The notes under the pieces were generated by a model. The model was not told the DNA's origin. It ran no database searches and saw nothing but the letters and a program-made list of their open reading frames with translations. Position numbers and translations under genes: made by a program. From Takakia lepidozioides (Eukaryota; Plantae; Bryophyta): DNA of 64,000 bases. This document shows positions 9,666 to 21,949 of this stretch, piece after piece; the first letter of the stretch is position 1, and the number at the start of each line of letters is the position of its first letter. The DNA lies in the NCBI GenBank assembly GCA_030704615.1, contig CM060732.1, forward strand, positions 52,452,001 to 52,516,000, read 5' to 3'.

Positions 9666-12600
9666 CCCAACCAAGCACTGAGGGTGGGGCCCCACAGTTT
9701 GGGACATCTCAAATATACAAAACAAAACAAAACAAAACAAAGTCTCAATTCATATATTGATAGTTATGATTCCTATTCAGGTTGTAAAGCTCCATACTTG
9801 CTTATGCCTGGAAATAACCCGTTTCATCCAAAACGGCGATACACATTATAGTGTTTTTTTTGGCGTATAAAGCCGTTAATCCGTTACAATGATGTTTAGG
9901 TTAGGGTTAGTTTAGGCTGGTGGCTTGATCCTGGCCCTTCATTGATCTAGGGCTGCAAGGCAGCACCGTGGGTTTGGGCCTATAATGCCTCACCACGCGG
10001 CGGGCCACTACGGTTAGGCCTTTTATATAAAGACGGCGCCCTGACACAAGGTCAGGGCGGTGTACTCAGGTGTTGTTGTATATGTGTTTTTGGTGTACAA
10101 GTTTTTGGATGAGAGCTGTTTAGCGTCTGATTCGTGTGTTTGATCCTCCTCTCGCGCGCTGCTTGCTCTTTGTTGTGCAACTTCGCTTCTTGAGAGGAAA
10201 TGAGTATATGCTTCAGGCTTGTTTTATGGTGGAGAGGCCGGGTACTCTAGGCATGGTGGATCCTGCCCACACTGTCAGGATCAGTTAGGTCCTTCGCGGG
10301 ATTTGTTCTACGTCCTGCTGCCTAAGTGGTTCGCTAATACGTGCTATCGATGGTGGCTCCTCGCTTTGGCCTATTTTTTCCTGCTGCTGTGATTTTGTCG
10401 TCTCACGATGTGCGTTGGGATATGATTGCAGGGGATGGCTACAGTTCGTGACTTGTTTTGTGTAGCTCGCAGAGAGGGGGAGAGCCTATTCCTTCATATT
10501 AGCGTGGCACTTGCTATCGAAGCTGATCCTAGTATAGAAGTTGACCCTGCTGCCATTTCTCATTCTGTTGGTGTTGATGTTGTTGCTCCTCATCCCTTCG
10601 TTTCTCACCCTGCTGACATTCTTGCTGTTACTAACACTACCAACGGCGCGCGGCCTGGCAGTGTTGCCTTGCTAGTGTCGCCTCTTCCTGAGCCCGTTGC
10701 TTGCGTTCCAGCCCTTGTTGTTTCATTGGGTTCTCCTGGTGGTAGTGATTATGATGATTTAGGAGAGGCAAAAGCCTGGTCGCCAAGATTTGAGAGGTCT
10801 GACAGCTCTCTAGATAGTTGTGACCCGGACTACTATAACTTTGACAATTTTGTGGATCCAGGCCCTGAATATTTTTGAAAGTAGGCAGCAAGCAGCAGAA
10901 TTGGAGAGAGACATTGAATTGTCACAGGAAATAGATGATTTGTTGTGTGAAACATGTGACGAAGACCAGCTGTGGTTTGAGCGTGTGGAGAGAGCTGTTG
11001 TAGGTGATCTTGCTGCACTAACCAATCATCACGAGGCCCTATTCACGCGACCTTTGCTTGAGCCCGGTGCGGTGATATCCAGGGCCAGACAGCTTGTTAG
11101 GTGCGAATTTGAGCTACGTAACGAAGTGCGTCTACCATCCAGGCCAATCAAGTCGCGTTTTCTCAACCATCATGAATTAACTTGGTTGGAAGTTGGCTTG
11201 TATCTACCTCTTTCTGGTGTTCGAAGTGCAGAGCTTCATCATGGCCCTGGTGTGGTAGGGCGAAGTTGGTTGTCGTTGATGTTACAAGGCACGGGGGCTT
11301 TGATCTTGAGGGCACTACGGTTTCAGCTTCGGCCCTGCGCCTTGGCACTTACTTATTCACTGTTAATTGATGGTCTGACGGGTGGGGCCTTGATAGTACA
11401 GTCGTCTGCTCTAGTGGTCCTGGGTGTGGGCACTACCTTTGCTTCACAGCGAATGGCTCGCCCAAGCGCATTTGAGAGGCTGAGTGACTGTTCAAACTCG
11501 ACTGTGCTTTCGCGCACCTAGAGAGAAGGTGACACCACCCGCGTTGGCTTTTGGCTTAAAGGAGCTGATGGTTGGGAATAGCTGGCGTTGGGGATCTACG
11601 AGTTACAATCACATAAGGTGCTGAGGGTGGTGTATTGTTCCACTTGGGTTCCGGAAGACAGCTCGCCAAGCGCTCGGCCCACGCTCCACATCCCTGCGGC
11701 TTAAAGGTTATGCCTCCAATCCAACCTCGTTTCTTGCATGCTAGGTGATTCTAGAACCACTTGGTTGAGATCCGGAAGACAGAGGTCCATGAATAATTCA
11801 GGAGAGCCGCTGGCCGAAAGTATAGTAGAGGTGAATGAAGGATCGGACAACCTGCAGGCAGGTAATTTCATGGTGAATGAGGGGCTCAAGATACGATCCA
11901 TCCTACAAAACATCATCATGCCAGCTTCAGTCACAAGCCCTCGCTCCTTGAACTCTTTCACACTATCCTCACCTTATCAAACCTGTTGTCCGAGGCTTGT
12001 TGCTTCATCTGCATCAAGACCTGTAAGACCATAAAAGCTTTGCCGGTTTCTGGTTGCCTCAGAGTGCATTAAGAAGCCTGGCACTTCAATGTAGATCTTC
12101 AGCCTTCTTGATTAAACCTGAGGTAATTGAGGAAGGCTACTGTAGACCTCATCTACGTTCAATTCTTCTTCTCTCACAACCTCTCTATCGCCTCTCTTCT
12201 CACACTTTCAAGTGCAGTGCCAAGGAGCCTGACAAAGAGAGAGATGGCGCAGACCGAAGTCAGTGTAAACATGAGGCAGCCCTGTCATAACTCTCATAAA
12301 ACCTGGTGGTTATTTCCGCCCGACCAAACAGGGCATATCCCACACGGACTATGGCCCTAAGCAAGCAACCTAACTAAATAAAGCTCCCCCACTGGCAGAG
12401 TGGAGAGAACATAAATATATTAGATATTCCAATAGATCGTGAAGGACCTCAACTCCCATATGACCAAGAAGTGAACCGACATGATCTTAGTTTCTGCTTA
12501 CTGTCGATACTGCATACAATGTAGATCCAAATGAAGTGTCCAACTGTTTGCATGCCTCTACCTTTCTGCAGTGTCCCTGGAGATTGGTGGACGGTCATCG

Positions 12601-13502
12601 TCATCACTTGCAAGAGCTGGGGCCAAGCTAGATACCCATCTTAGCTCTTAATCTGCTGGGTGATGAGAGGCTCCCCACCCGGACAGCACAAGGAGATGAC
12701 ACGGCCTCTCAATGAGACTGCTGGAGTTGCTGTGCCGAGTTAGAAGCAATGAATGCTCTAGCTCTGAATTTTTAGCTGAATCCTTCACAACATGTCTCCA
12801 TTTCCCAATTCATTTGAATGCAAGGCTGTTGAATCCTCTTTAACAACCCATGTGAGACAGCAATGAGTGCATGGCTACCTCTGGATCTTGCCCAGCAAGA
12901 ATGGGTTTTACTGGCCCCTGTTTGCTGCTATGCTATCTCTTGAGGAGGCGGCAGGCATCCATTGGACACACACCCACACTTACTCACTCTCTCTCTCTCT
13001 CCAATGGCAATCTCTTTCAATTGGTGACCTCCGGTTCTGGCCTAAGATAACCCCTGGAAATCCTTTCTCCCTTTTGCTGCAGAGCGAAGTCCCGTTGAAT
13101 CCAAAATATGATGCCAATTATCTCAATTCATTTGTGGTGCTCGCCCTTTCCAGTAGAGCAACTGGTTGTTATCTCTTCTGACTGCGCGAGTGGCTCCGGG
13201 TCTGGAAGATGGCCTCAAACAAGGCCATCCCGAATCTCTATCGGAACCCCTCCTCCCCGACTTCCACCATCGATTTTTCTCGCTCATTTCCTCTCCACCT
13301 GTTAATTTCTTTCTTACACATCCATTTTTCAAAGTTTAACGACTACGACTTTCTTTTAGACTACGACTTTCTCCTTAGGTTTTCGCTCACCTGCATATGA
13401 AACGGTGTGCTTCATCCGAAGATTAAACATTACGAGAACATATTGAAGAACTCTTTGGTATGGTGGCACAGCCCAGAAGGATTGCTGCATTAAGATCCAG
13501 GC

Positions 13503-16500
13503 ATGTTGCGGATGCGTTTGTGGGCGCGAATTACAGCCAGGGTGGCCGCAAGATTCTCGTGCAAAGGAATGGAGCGAAGTTGGTCAGTGATGTGGAGACC
13601 GGTGGTGGTGACTGGAATACTGCTTCTCATGACAGGCTGCCTGTCTCTGACTTATATATGGAACCTGCTCGTAAGTGTTGTCACATTGTTGCTCAAGCAG
13701 AGGGTAAGAAGTCCGCGGGAGATCGGGAGTTGATGATTATTTTGTTGGGGGATGGAACTGCTGAAGCTGGGAAGTACCTTCAAGCAGTGCATGTCAGTAG
13801 ATGCAGTAAACATCGGGGAGGCAGCTAATGGGTGCTGTCTATTGTTTTCATTAAGTTTCTCTGACTGCCAGTTGTGTCCAGATAGTTAGTTTGTGATACC
13901 AGGATTTGGTGCGCTACGCCAACATGGTTGCTGAGAGTACTTCTAATCTTTTGATCTTTCCATCATGTCAGAGTAAAGTTGACCCTCTTCACTTTCTCCT
14001 TTTTTCTGTTATTTATTTCTTAATTCTTGTTGAGGGGGTGCAGAATCCGCCGTATTTGTGCGAGAAGGAAGGGACGGCATTGCATTGTCCCCCGGTAAGG
14101 TCACTGTGCCCTTTGGTAAGGCCCTAAGAAGGCCCAAGCTTGGGTTGCCTGCCACGTTGCCCATATTATTCCCCCTTCATCTATGTCCTTGCCTCCATGT
14201 TTTCTCTTCCAGTGCAATCTGCCCTCTCAACTGGGTCTCTTTGAATTATCGGCCAAGTGGCCCTTCTTATACTTTTGCAGAGTTTTTTCTATCATACTAT
14301 TGTTTACAGAGCATATTGCTTTCAGCTTAGGACTAGAGACTGACTTGTATGTATCACTGGGAGAAAGTAAAGCATGACAGACTGGCCTCTATCTTGTGAT
14401 ATTGTTGGGAGGAGGATGACGGCATAGTTAGTTGACAATTACGAGTGGTTTGCATGCCATACAGGTGCAAGAGCCACCGTCTCTGTGGGAGAATCCCTAC
14501 TCTGCTACTACCTCATGGAAGCCTTGTGCGGAGCAGAGGGGCCCTCATTACCTTCGTAATCTTCTTCTTGGACCTCTATCTATGTGCATGTGTGGGTATA
14601 TGAATGTAAGTACAGTGTAGGGCATAAGAACATGTATGCAAGAAAGTTACAAGGTCTCTTTATCACACCAGCAGACATTTTCCATAACTCCTGTGACAAA
14701 TCCTCCTGTAAATTCATCCATTTGGGTTGGTACAGATGTCCAGTTTATCTGGCTTGAGATAACCTTGACTTCGGCTTAGTTACTTGAGACAGGCCGTCAC
14801 CCACCCCAGCCTTGGAGGTGCCTCTGAAGTTAGCCATGATTTCAAGGATCTGCTTGTGTATGTTGATTTCTCTCTGGTCCCTTACACTCACTGTTACTTG
14901 GTGCATGTTGGTGTCTCAGCTCCAGCAACAGATGAAGATGGCCACGGGTATATGGCCATCCAGGCGGAGGGAGGCCTGAATCAGCAGCGAATTGCTGTGA
15001 GACTTCTTTGCAACAAACAGATGAGACGATAGTAGGTTTCAGTAGTCAGTAAAAGTTTTGTTGTTAAATCAGGCCTGTTTGGACCACGATCTTTTCTATA
15101 CTTCATCAGGATTTTTGGGCGGTCTGTGTCTGCACATGTGCATCAGTGTCATGGTCAATGTTTTAATGCAGTGTTTCTTTGACTTGCAGAGTAGTTGACT
15201 GTTACTTTCTCTTGGTCGTGTCCTCCTTTCTCTTTTTTATTGCAAGAGAGGATGCCTCGCATTTCCATTCGCTGAGTTTCCCTCATAGGATGCTGGTTTG
15301 CAGAGAAACAAACTGAAGGCATGAGGGAGGTGCATGCAGATCTGCAATGCAGTGGCAGTGGCACGGATCATGAATGTGACACTGATCATGCCTCTGATGA
15401 AGCAGGACCAAATCTGGAAAGACCAAACGTGTGTGCCCCATTGACCCAATGCTTTTCCTCCTTTTCCATTTCACATTTATGGAGTCTCCTTGCCAGCAGT
15501 TGTTTAGGGTAGGTAAGCATACAAGCACACAGAGGTGCTCTGACAGCAAGAAACAGCAGGCACAATTCTCATAGATTTGGGGAAATGGTGTCCTAAAATG
15601 TCAACAGAATGGTAACTGATAAATGGGTGGGACGGAGCAGGCGGTTTGAGGATATATTTGATGTGGATCACTTCATAGAGTACCTCAAAGAGGATGTGCG
15701 TATTGTGCGGGACATCCCAGTTTGGCTCCCAGACCGAGGAGATCTCTATACCAGTATGAGGTTGGTCCCATACCTGCCCTCTGCAGCTCACAGGGGTACC
15801 CTGGCCTTGTACATGAATGTGCATTTGTAAATAGCATGTTGCTGTACAGATGATGCAGATATGTCCCTGTAGGAGATTTGATCATGGTGCATGAATTCAT
15901 TCCTAGAAAATGGGCAACAGAGCTTCATCACTTTTGCTGGAAACAGCACAAGCAGTAGGTATTTTTGCAAGGTCCTCATTTCCATTTCATGAAAGGTGAC
16001 ACATGATGTAGGTGTACTGTGAAGAACATCCCCAAGTATGCGTCAGCACAATTCTATCTGGACAATGTGCTTCCACGCATAAAGGAGAAGAGAGTTATGG
16101 CTCTGAAACCCTTTGTGGACAGGCTTGGGTATGAACCTCTAAAACCTGTGTGTTCTGTTTGGAGTCTGTAGGGAGCAGAAGAGGGGGTCAAGGTTTTTCC
16201 AGGGTGTTAACTCTGCTCATGGGCAAGGCTGGTGATAAGAGTGCCTTGTAAAGAATATGGCACATGTTAAATCCCAAAGCGGATGTACATGAACAGCTAT
16301 GCATGGTATCGTGGCCACCACAGATGAGTAAGTGTTTATGCTGGTGCTGTGTGCGCATAGCTAAAGTTAGAATGAAATCATCTACAGATATTGTTTCTCC
16401 TGATCATGTCTCCCATGCCTCAAGAGATCTTTTGAATGTAGACCTACATTGCCTACTTCCAGCTTCTGTCATTCTTCGTTATTCTCAGGTTCACAGCAAT

Positions 16501-18025
16501 CAAAGGGTGGGGACACCAGGTAAGTGATATACTGTTGTGGACTGCAGGTATGAAAATGTGCCAGCAGAGATAAATCGGTTGAGGTGTCGAGTGAACTACC
16601 ATGCCCTCAAGTTTCTTCCGCACATTGAGGAAATGGCTGAAGTGCTGGCTTCAAGGATGCACAATCGCACTGGTACTCCACACCCTTACATGTACGATTG
16701 CTGACTTCTCATCCCCTCATTGGTTTTGAGCATCTCTTAAGTGTAACTTCCGCTGTACTATCTTTTACTTGGAAGAGCGCCTCTATTGGTCTACACAATG
16801 TGGAGGCCTCATTGATACGAAAAGTAGACTTCTTGGATTATTACTTGATGAAGACAGAACACATGGTTTATGTATCCTACCAAAATTCTTGGATTGTTTG
16901 TGGCATTTGAGTTGGCTAGTGTGAAACCCCAATGACATGTATTGTTGCGACACCAAGCAGGGCATTACACTTGCGGTTTGAAAAGGGTATGGTGGGTCTC
17001 TCTTTTTGTGATTTTGTGGGAAACCGGAAGGAGAAGGCCATGATGGCAGGTTACAGGCAGAAGGAGTGGCCTCGCCGCTTTAAGGTTCCATCTTCATAAT
17101 CTTCTCTTTATCTTGCTTGGATCTTCTTACCCCGTCTTGCTCTGTTCCAGGTTGATGGTTTAAGGTCTGCTTCGTGACCAAGTGTGGGTTCCTGTTTGGG
17201 ATTGCTTCCTTGTGTTACCGCAATGCATTTCACCGATGGGCTTTTTGGAAAGGGCTGATAAGTGTTATCTGGTGGTGGCATGCAGAATGGATCACATGTC
17301 TGGAGGCAAGCGCTGAACAAACGTAAGGAGGGTAGGTGCCCTCTTGAACCTGGTGAAGTGGCGGTGGTGCTTATGGCAATGGGCTACCCCAAGGACACCC
17401 AGATCTATGTTGCATCAGGACCTGTCTATGGTGGTGATAAGCGTATGGCTCCCCTCCGCAATATGTTCCCCAATTTGGTATGCTCACCCCGTCTCCTGAT
17501 CTTGTCTCTTTGTCCTCTGCGGCTGCACCCTATCCATTTAGGGTTTTCTTGTAGGTTTCATTCTTATGCCATAAGCTCTTTGTTCTTTTTATGGTATTCT
17601 TATATCTTTCCTTCTTTTCTTTCCTTTCTTTCATCCTGCTGCATTATTTTTGGATGGAATGAAAGGTGCGAAAGGAGGAGCTGGCAAGTGAGGAGGAGCT
17701 AGGGCCATTCCAGAAGCATGTGACATCACTAGCAGCACTAGACTTTCTGGTGTGTCTGAAGGCAAATGTGTTTGTGATGACACATGGTAGCAACTATGCC
17801 AAGCTCATCATAGGTGCGCGCCGTTATCTGGGCCATCACCTCAAGTCCATCAAGCCCCATAAAGGGCTCATGGCAAAGATACTTGGAGACCCCACACTTG
17901 GGTGGCCAGCATTTGTTGAGGATGTTGCCTTTATGCATGAAGGCCGGACTGGTTTGCCAGAACTTACCTTTCCTGGTTATGATATCTTTGAAAACCCTCT
18001 ATCACACTGCATGTGTCGGGCTTAA
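13503..18025 (+). CDS. PAGR: O-fucosyltransferase family (DUF246/GT106) protein, PAGR-like; exons 13503-13670, 14044-14094, 14465-14555, 14920-14996, 15340-15428, 15641-15760, 16012-16128, 16548-16691, 16961-17084, 17286-17477, 17666-18025
   Basis: Phase-consistent GT-AG splicing gives a TM anchor, then PYLC, SLWENPYSATTSWKPCAE, AEGGLNQQRIAICNAVAVA, FEDIFDVDHF, LRCRVNYHAL, ALHLRFEKGM, GRCPLEP, LAALDFLVC and the end ENPLSHCMCRA*. The start codon is uncertain. Confidence 0.92.
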
Positions 18026-19788
18026 GTTCCACTTGTACAGTATTCTGATTTGTGAGACTCCTTCTGGATGGAACCTCTCCAGTCTATAATTGTGGAAGAA
18101 AGCGCAACTTGTTATACTAACCTCAGTTTGTGGTATCACAACCATGTTGACAAAGTATGACTGGATCCCATGAGCAGCCTATCTATCTCCCTGCGTTATC
18201 GCCACACTGCCTGCAGGCTCAATTTGCAGAAGCAACATTAAGCATCCACTTAAGTTGCAGTCCCTATGAAAGTCTTTTATGGTTATTGTAGCTGCGGTAG
18301 CAGTTGACTCTTTCAAAAGGGGAAAAGGAGCAGAAGATAGATCCAGGCCTATATTGAGCTGTTGCTGAACCTAGCACTTGCTAGCCAGGGTTGGAAGATA
18401 TTTAAAGAGGGTTGCCAAAAGTGGAGGTACATTCCTGCTGAACCCCTTCATTTTCCAATTTCTGTGAAAGAGGCCATGTTTGGCCAAATGCTGAATAGTA
18501 GTGTGCCATCGGGCACAAAGCAGTGGGTTGCAAGTGATCAGACTCAGTATTGTTCCAGTAGGATGGCAAATGCCAAACATATAAAGTCTTGGGGGCGAAG
18601 GGGGAAAGGAAAGTCGATATGTCTCTGCACCAAATTTAAGGAGGGAAGCTCCAGTCTAAAGAAAGACTCTATATCGAGTGTACACTTCCATCAGATGCTA
18701 TCGTGTGAAGTGTGACCCCTGTGATTTTGTTTGCAGTAGTAGTGCTGGAGTAACATCATAAATTTGGAAATTATTCCCACTTAGAGAATGTACTCATAAG
18801 ACGCCGTTTGCAGTAGCCTTGTACCCCGCGCCCAGTTATTCCCACTTAGAGAGAGAGAGAGGTCTCCAGCTAAAGCTGGTGTAACTAAGAGCCACTTCAC
18901 CTTGTGGTTGCTGCCCCCTGTCGGGGGTAAATTGGTTCCCACTCACATTGTATGATGGCATGATGCAGGCCTCCCTTTGGAAAGTGGCAGTTCCCTACCC
19001 AAGATCCCTAAACTTCCCAGGCAAAGCAAAATATGTTCTAGAGCTAGTACTACTGTAACATAGGTATCATCACCATCACATTACCAACAAATGCATGGTA
19101 CATGCAAGCCATGCTCTCTGGTTATGCTAGCCTTGAGACACTGCAGGTTAGGAAAAGACACCTACTACTTCATGAAAAAGGTGTAATTGATGGTCATTTG
19201 TTGCAGCTGTATACCCTTGAAGCATTGTTTTTTTTTAGTTTGGAAAATAATAGGAGTGGCTACTGAGTTTTGCAGGAAATCTGTTCAATCCACTGAAATT
19301 TGGATAGAATCATCCTCTTCTGTACTTTCATCCATGTATATCGTCCATATTTGGCAAATTCATCCATCATTTGTATTTTATTTGGAGAAGTTTGGCAATT
19401 TCATCCATGACAAAACAGGGAATTTGTGACAGAATATTCTATTTTATTTGTTGAGGGCGAACTTTGCGAAAATTCGCCAGAAATAAAAACACTGCCCTGA
19501 AGGTATGAATATATCTTCAAGATTAATCCACTCTAAAGATCCAGTCATCTTTTCCCGTTCCTGCTTTGCGCCTTTTAGACCACGGCCAATCCACGGCCAG
19601 AATGCTGCAACAGAATGCTACAATGTCTACCATTATATGCAGCCAAAATAAACGCCGCGTTAACATTATCTTACAGCAGCAAATATGTTTCATCCAAAAC
19701 CAAAATGGAAGTCAGATGGATGACAATCATCCAAAAACATTTGTCCCGTGAAAAGCTGGTCCCGTGACAAGCGGGAGAAACCATTGCG

Positions 19789-19964
19789 TAAAGGATTTTG
19801 GGGGCAGATTCTGCCATTTTTCAGGCAAATTAGCAAAGCAGAAAATCGACGCTCCACGGCGCTGGCGCATTCTGCATTCCGAATCGGCTGTTTGACTCTC
19901 CTAATCGGCAGTTTGGCCTGCAGCCAATCGGGGCCTCGCAGAATCTGCCCCCAAAATTCCTTTA
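19789..19964. mobile_element. MITE with about 26-bp terminal inverted repeats, TA-flanked
   Basis: TAAAGGATTTTGGGGGCAGATTCTGC (19789-19814) versus GCAGAATCTGCCCCCAAAATTCCTTTA (19938-19964). Confidence 0.75.
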
Positions 19965-20009
19965 GACCAGGGAACGCGTCCCCTAGGGCGCATTATGGCA
20001 CCTAGTTCG

Positions 20010-20330
20010 TCTTATTGGATTCACTGTTAGAGAGGGAAAAAAATAAAATGCTACAAATTGCCGGTGTAGTGCTGAATTGTTTGTTGGTCCTGCCCTCAGG
20101 CAGAGACTACGTACTAGTGAACGCTCCCCCTAGGGCGCATTATGGCACCTAGTTCGTCCTAGGTCTCGGCCTCGCCCTAGTGACTCACTAGGAGCCATAA
20201 TGCGCCCTAGGGGGAGCGTTCACTAGTACGTAGTCTCTGCCTGAGGGCAGGACCAACAAACAATTCAGCACTACACCGGCAATTTGTAGCATTTTATTTT
20301 TTTCCCTCTCTAACAGTGAATCCAATAAGA
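20010..20330. repeat. Near-perfect long inverted repeat (144-bp arms, 33-nt loop)
   Basis: 20010-20153 is the reverse complement of 20187-20330, with one mismatch seen. Confidence 0.95.
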
Positions 20331-20696
20331 GTGCCTTTACGTTTTGCATTGATAGTCGTCAATGCATATTCCGGCCTTGGCGAGGCCAAGCACGGAAAGT
20401 GTCTGGCGTCTGGATCATGGAGCTTACCCCGTCCTTCAGCTGTTGCGGATGCCTCTTGCGTAGCCCCTCCCCAAAGGGGTCTTCCACAGTATGGTCTTCT
20501 CATCCCATTGGTCTATCGCTTTCCTGGCCACATGGGTATGCTAGTCTCTCTCTTCATCTAAATTGTCGTAATCTCGTTGTATTTCACCTGCATTACAAAC
20601 TGCTATTATAGGGATCTTGAAGATAAGGAGAGTTCTAGAGTTTTCTTCTCAACATGCAAGTAGTTCATTTCAATCTACAACCATCATTTGCATATG

Positions 20697-21483
20697 TTTT
20701 TGTTTTTTGTTTTTTGTTTTTTTTTTAAATTAAAGAGGGACAGTGGCCTCAAAACTTTATAGATATTGGACATAAATCGTCCGACATTACAAAGAGGAAA
20801 AAATAACCTCTTAAAGAGTGCCATGAAGGCTGATCAAAGAAAGACCCTGCTTCGTAACCCACACATAGAAAGGGAAGAGGGAGAAAAAATGGATCTGCCT
20901 ATATGAAAGCACAGATGAGCATAATTCTAGAGCAGAAGCAAGATCAAGAGAACTGCTTCAAAAGGAAGTTACAAACTACCTATTTTCCTTTCGAGAGGTT
21001 TGAAGGATAACTGGGCTTTGGACCTGCTTCTTCTAATAGACCTACAATGCCTCCAATTGACCTCCTGATCCTCACCCTCAACTGGAGAAAGTCTCGCACT
21101 ATGCGAGCTGCCAACCTATAGGGATGTCATCATTCCATTGAATTTGAGAATATGATTCTCTTGAACAGATGTGAGCCCCCTTTCCCCGGGTGTTGTCAAA
21201 TTCCTGGAGAGAACCTATCATCTTCTTTGGCCACATCTGCAAATAACTTCACAAAACCTGCCATGCCTTATGAGCCTCAGACAACATGTCTGAGCGAACT
21301 TGTGCAAAATGTGGACCTCACACTAATCAGTTTGCCATCAAAGACTAAGGAACAACGAGCTTTCCAGATATTCCATAGCGTGTGGGCTCTGAGAGTAGCC
21401 CACACAGGGCAAGAAGACCAGATAGTACCATCAGCAAAAATAAGAAGGATAATAGATGGATCAATAGAAGAGAGAGCTTTCCA
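20697..21483 (-). mobile_element. 5'-truncated L1-type LINE fragment with A-rich tail
   Basis: Minus-strand peptide WATLRAHTLWNIWKARCSLVF resembles the ORF2 C-terminus FETLRASTMWHLWKLRCKNTF in ORF 37551..38252. The T-rich run at 20697-20726 corresponds to the poly(A) tail. Confidence 0.7.
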
Positions 21484-21834
21484 GTTGGAAAGCCCTCGAT
21501 GATGAGGGGTGCACCGGCTTTGTCTCATGATTTTTGGACCCGCAGTGTGGGAGATGTGGAATTTCAAGTACTTTTGGTCACTGGAAATTCGCGAAAAAAT
21601 AGCTAAGTGGACTTCCCTAGAGCAGTGATTGGCCCTTCATGTGGCAGATTTGGAATTTCAAGTCGTTGGAAATATATGTATATGAAGCCTCGACAGGGGA
21701 GATTGCAAAAATAGTATGAAAAAAAATTGAAATTGAACTAAATTGATTTTTTTAAATGATTGTAAATATATATTTGAAGCCTCGACAGCACATGGGCTTA
21801 GATGACACTTGGGCCAACGGCACAGGCTACCCTA
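21484..21834 (-). repeat. Dispersed repeat, copy 3
   Basis: Reverse complement of the 8329/8766 family; ends GCACAGGCTACCCTA. Confidence 0.75.
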
Positions 21835-21949
21835 GTGGTACATTAAGCGTGCGGGCCGTAATTGGATATATCCCTACCCTTATTCATCAGGTATAAGAGG
21901 GTAAGATAAGAGTAGGGTATGTTGCCAGAGGATATGAGCATATTTAATC

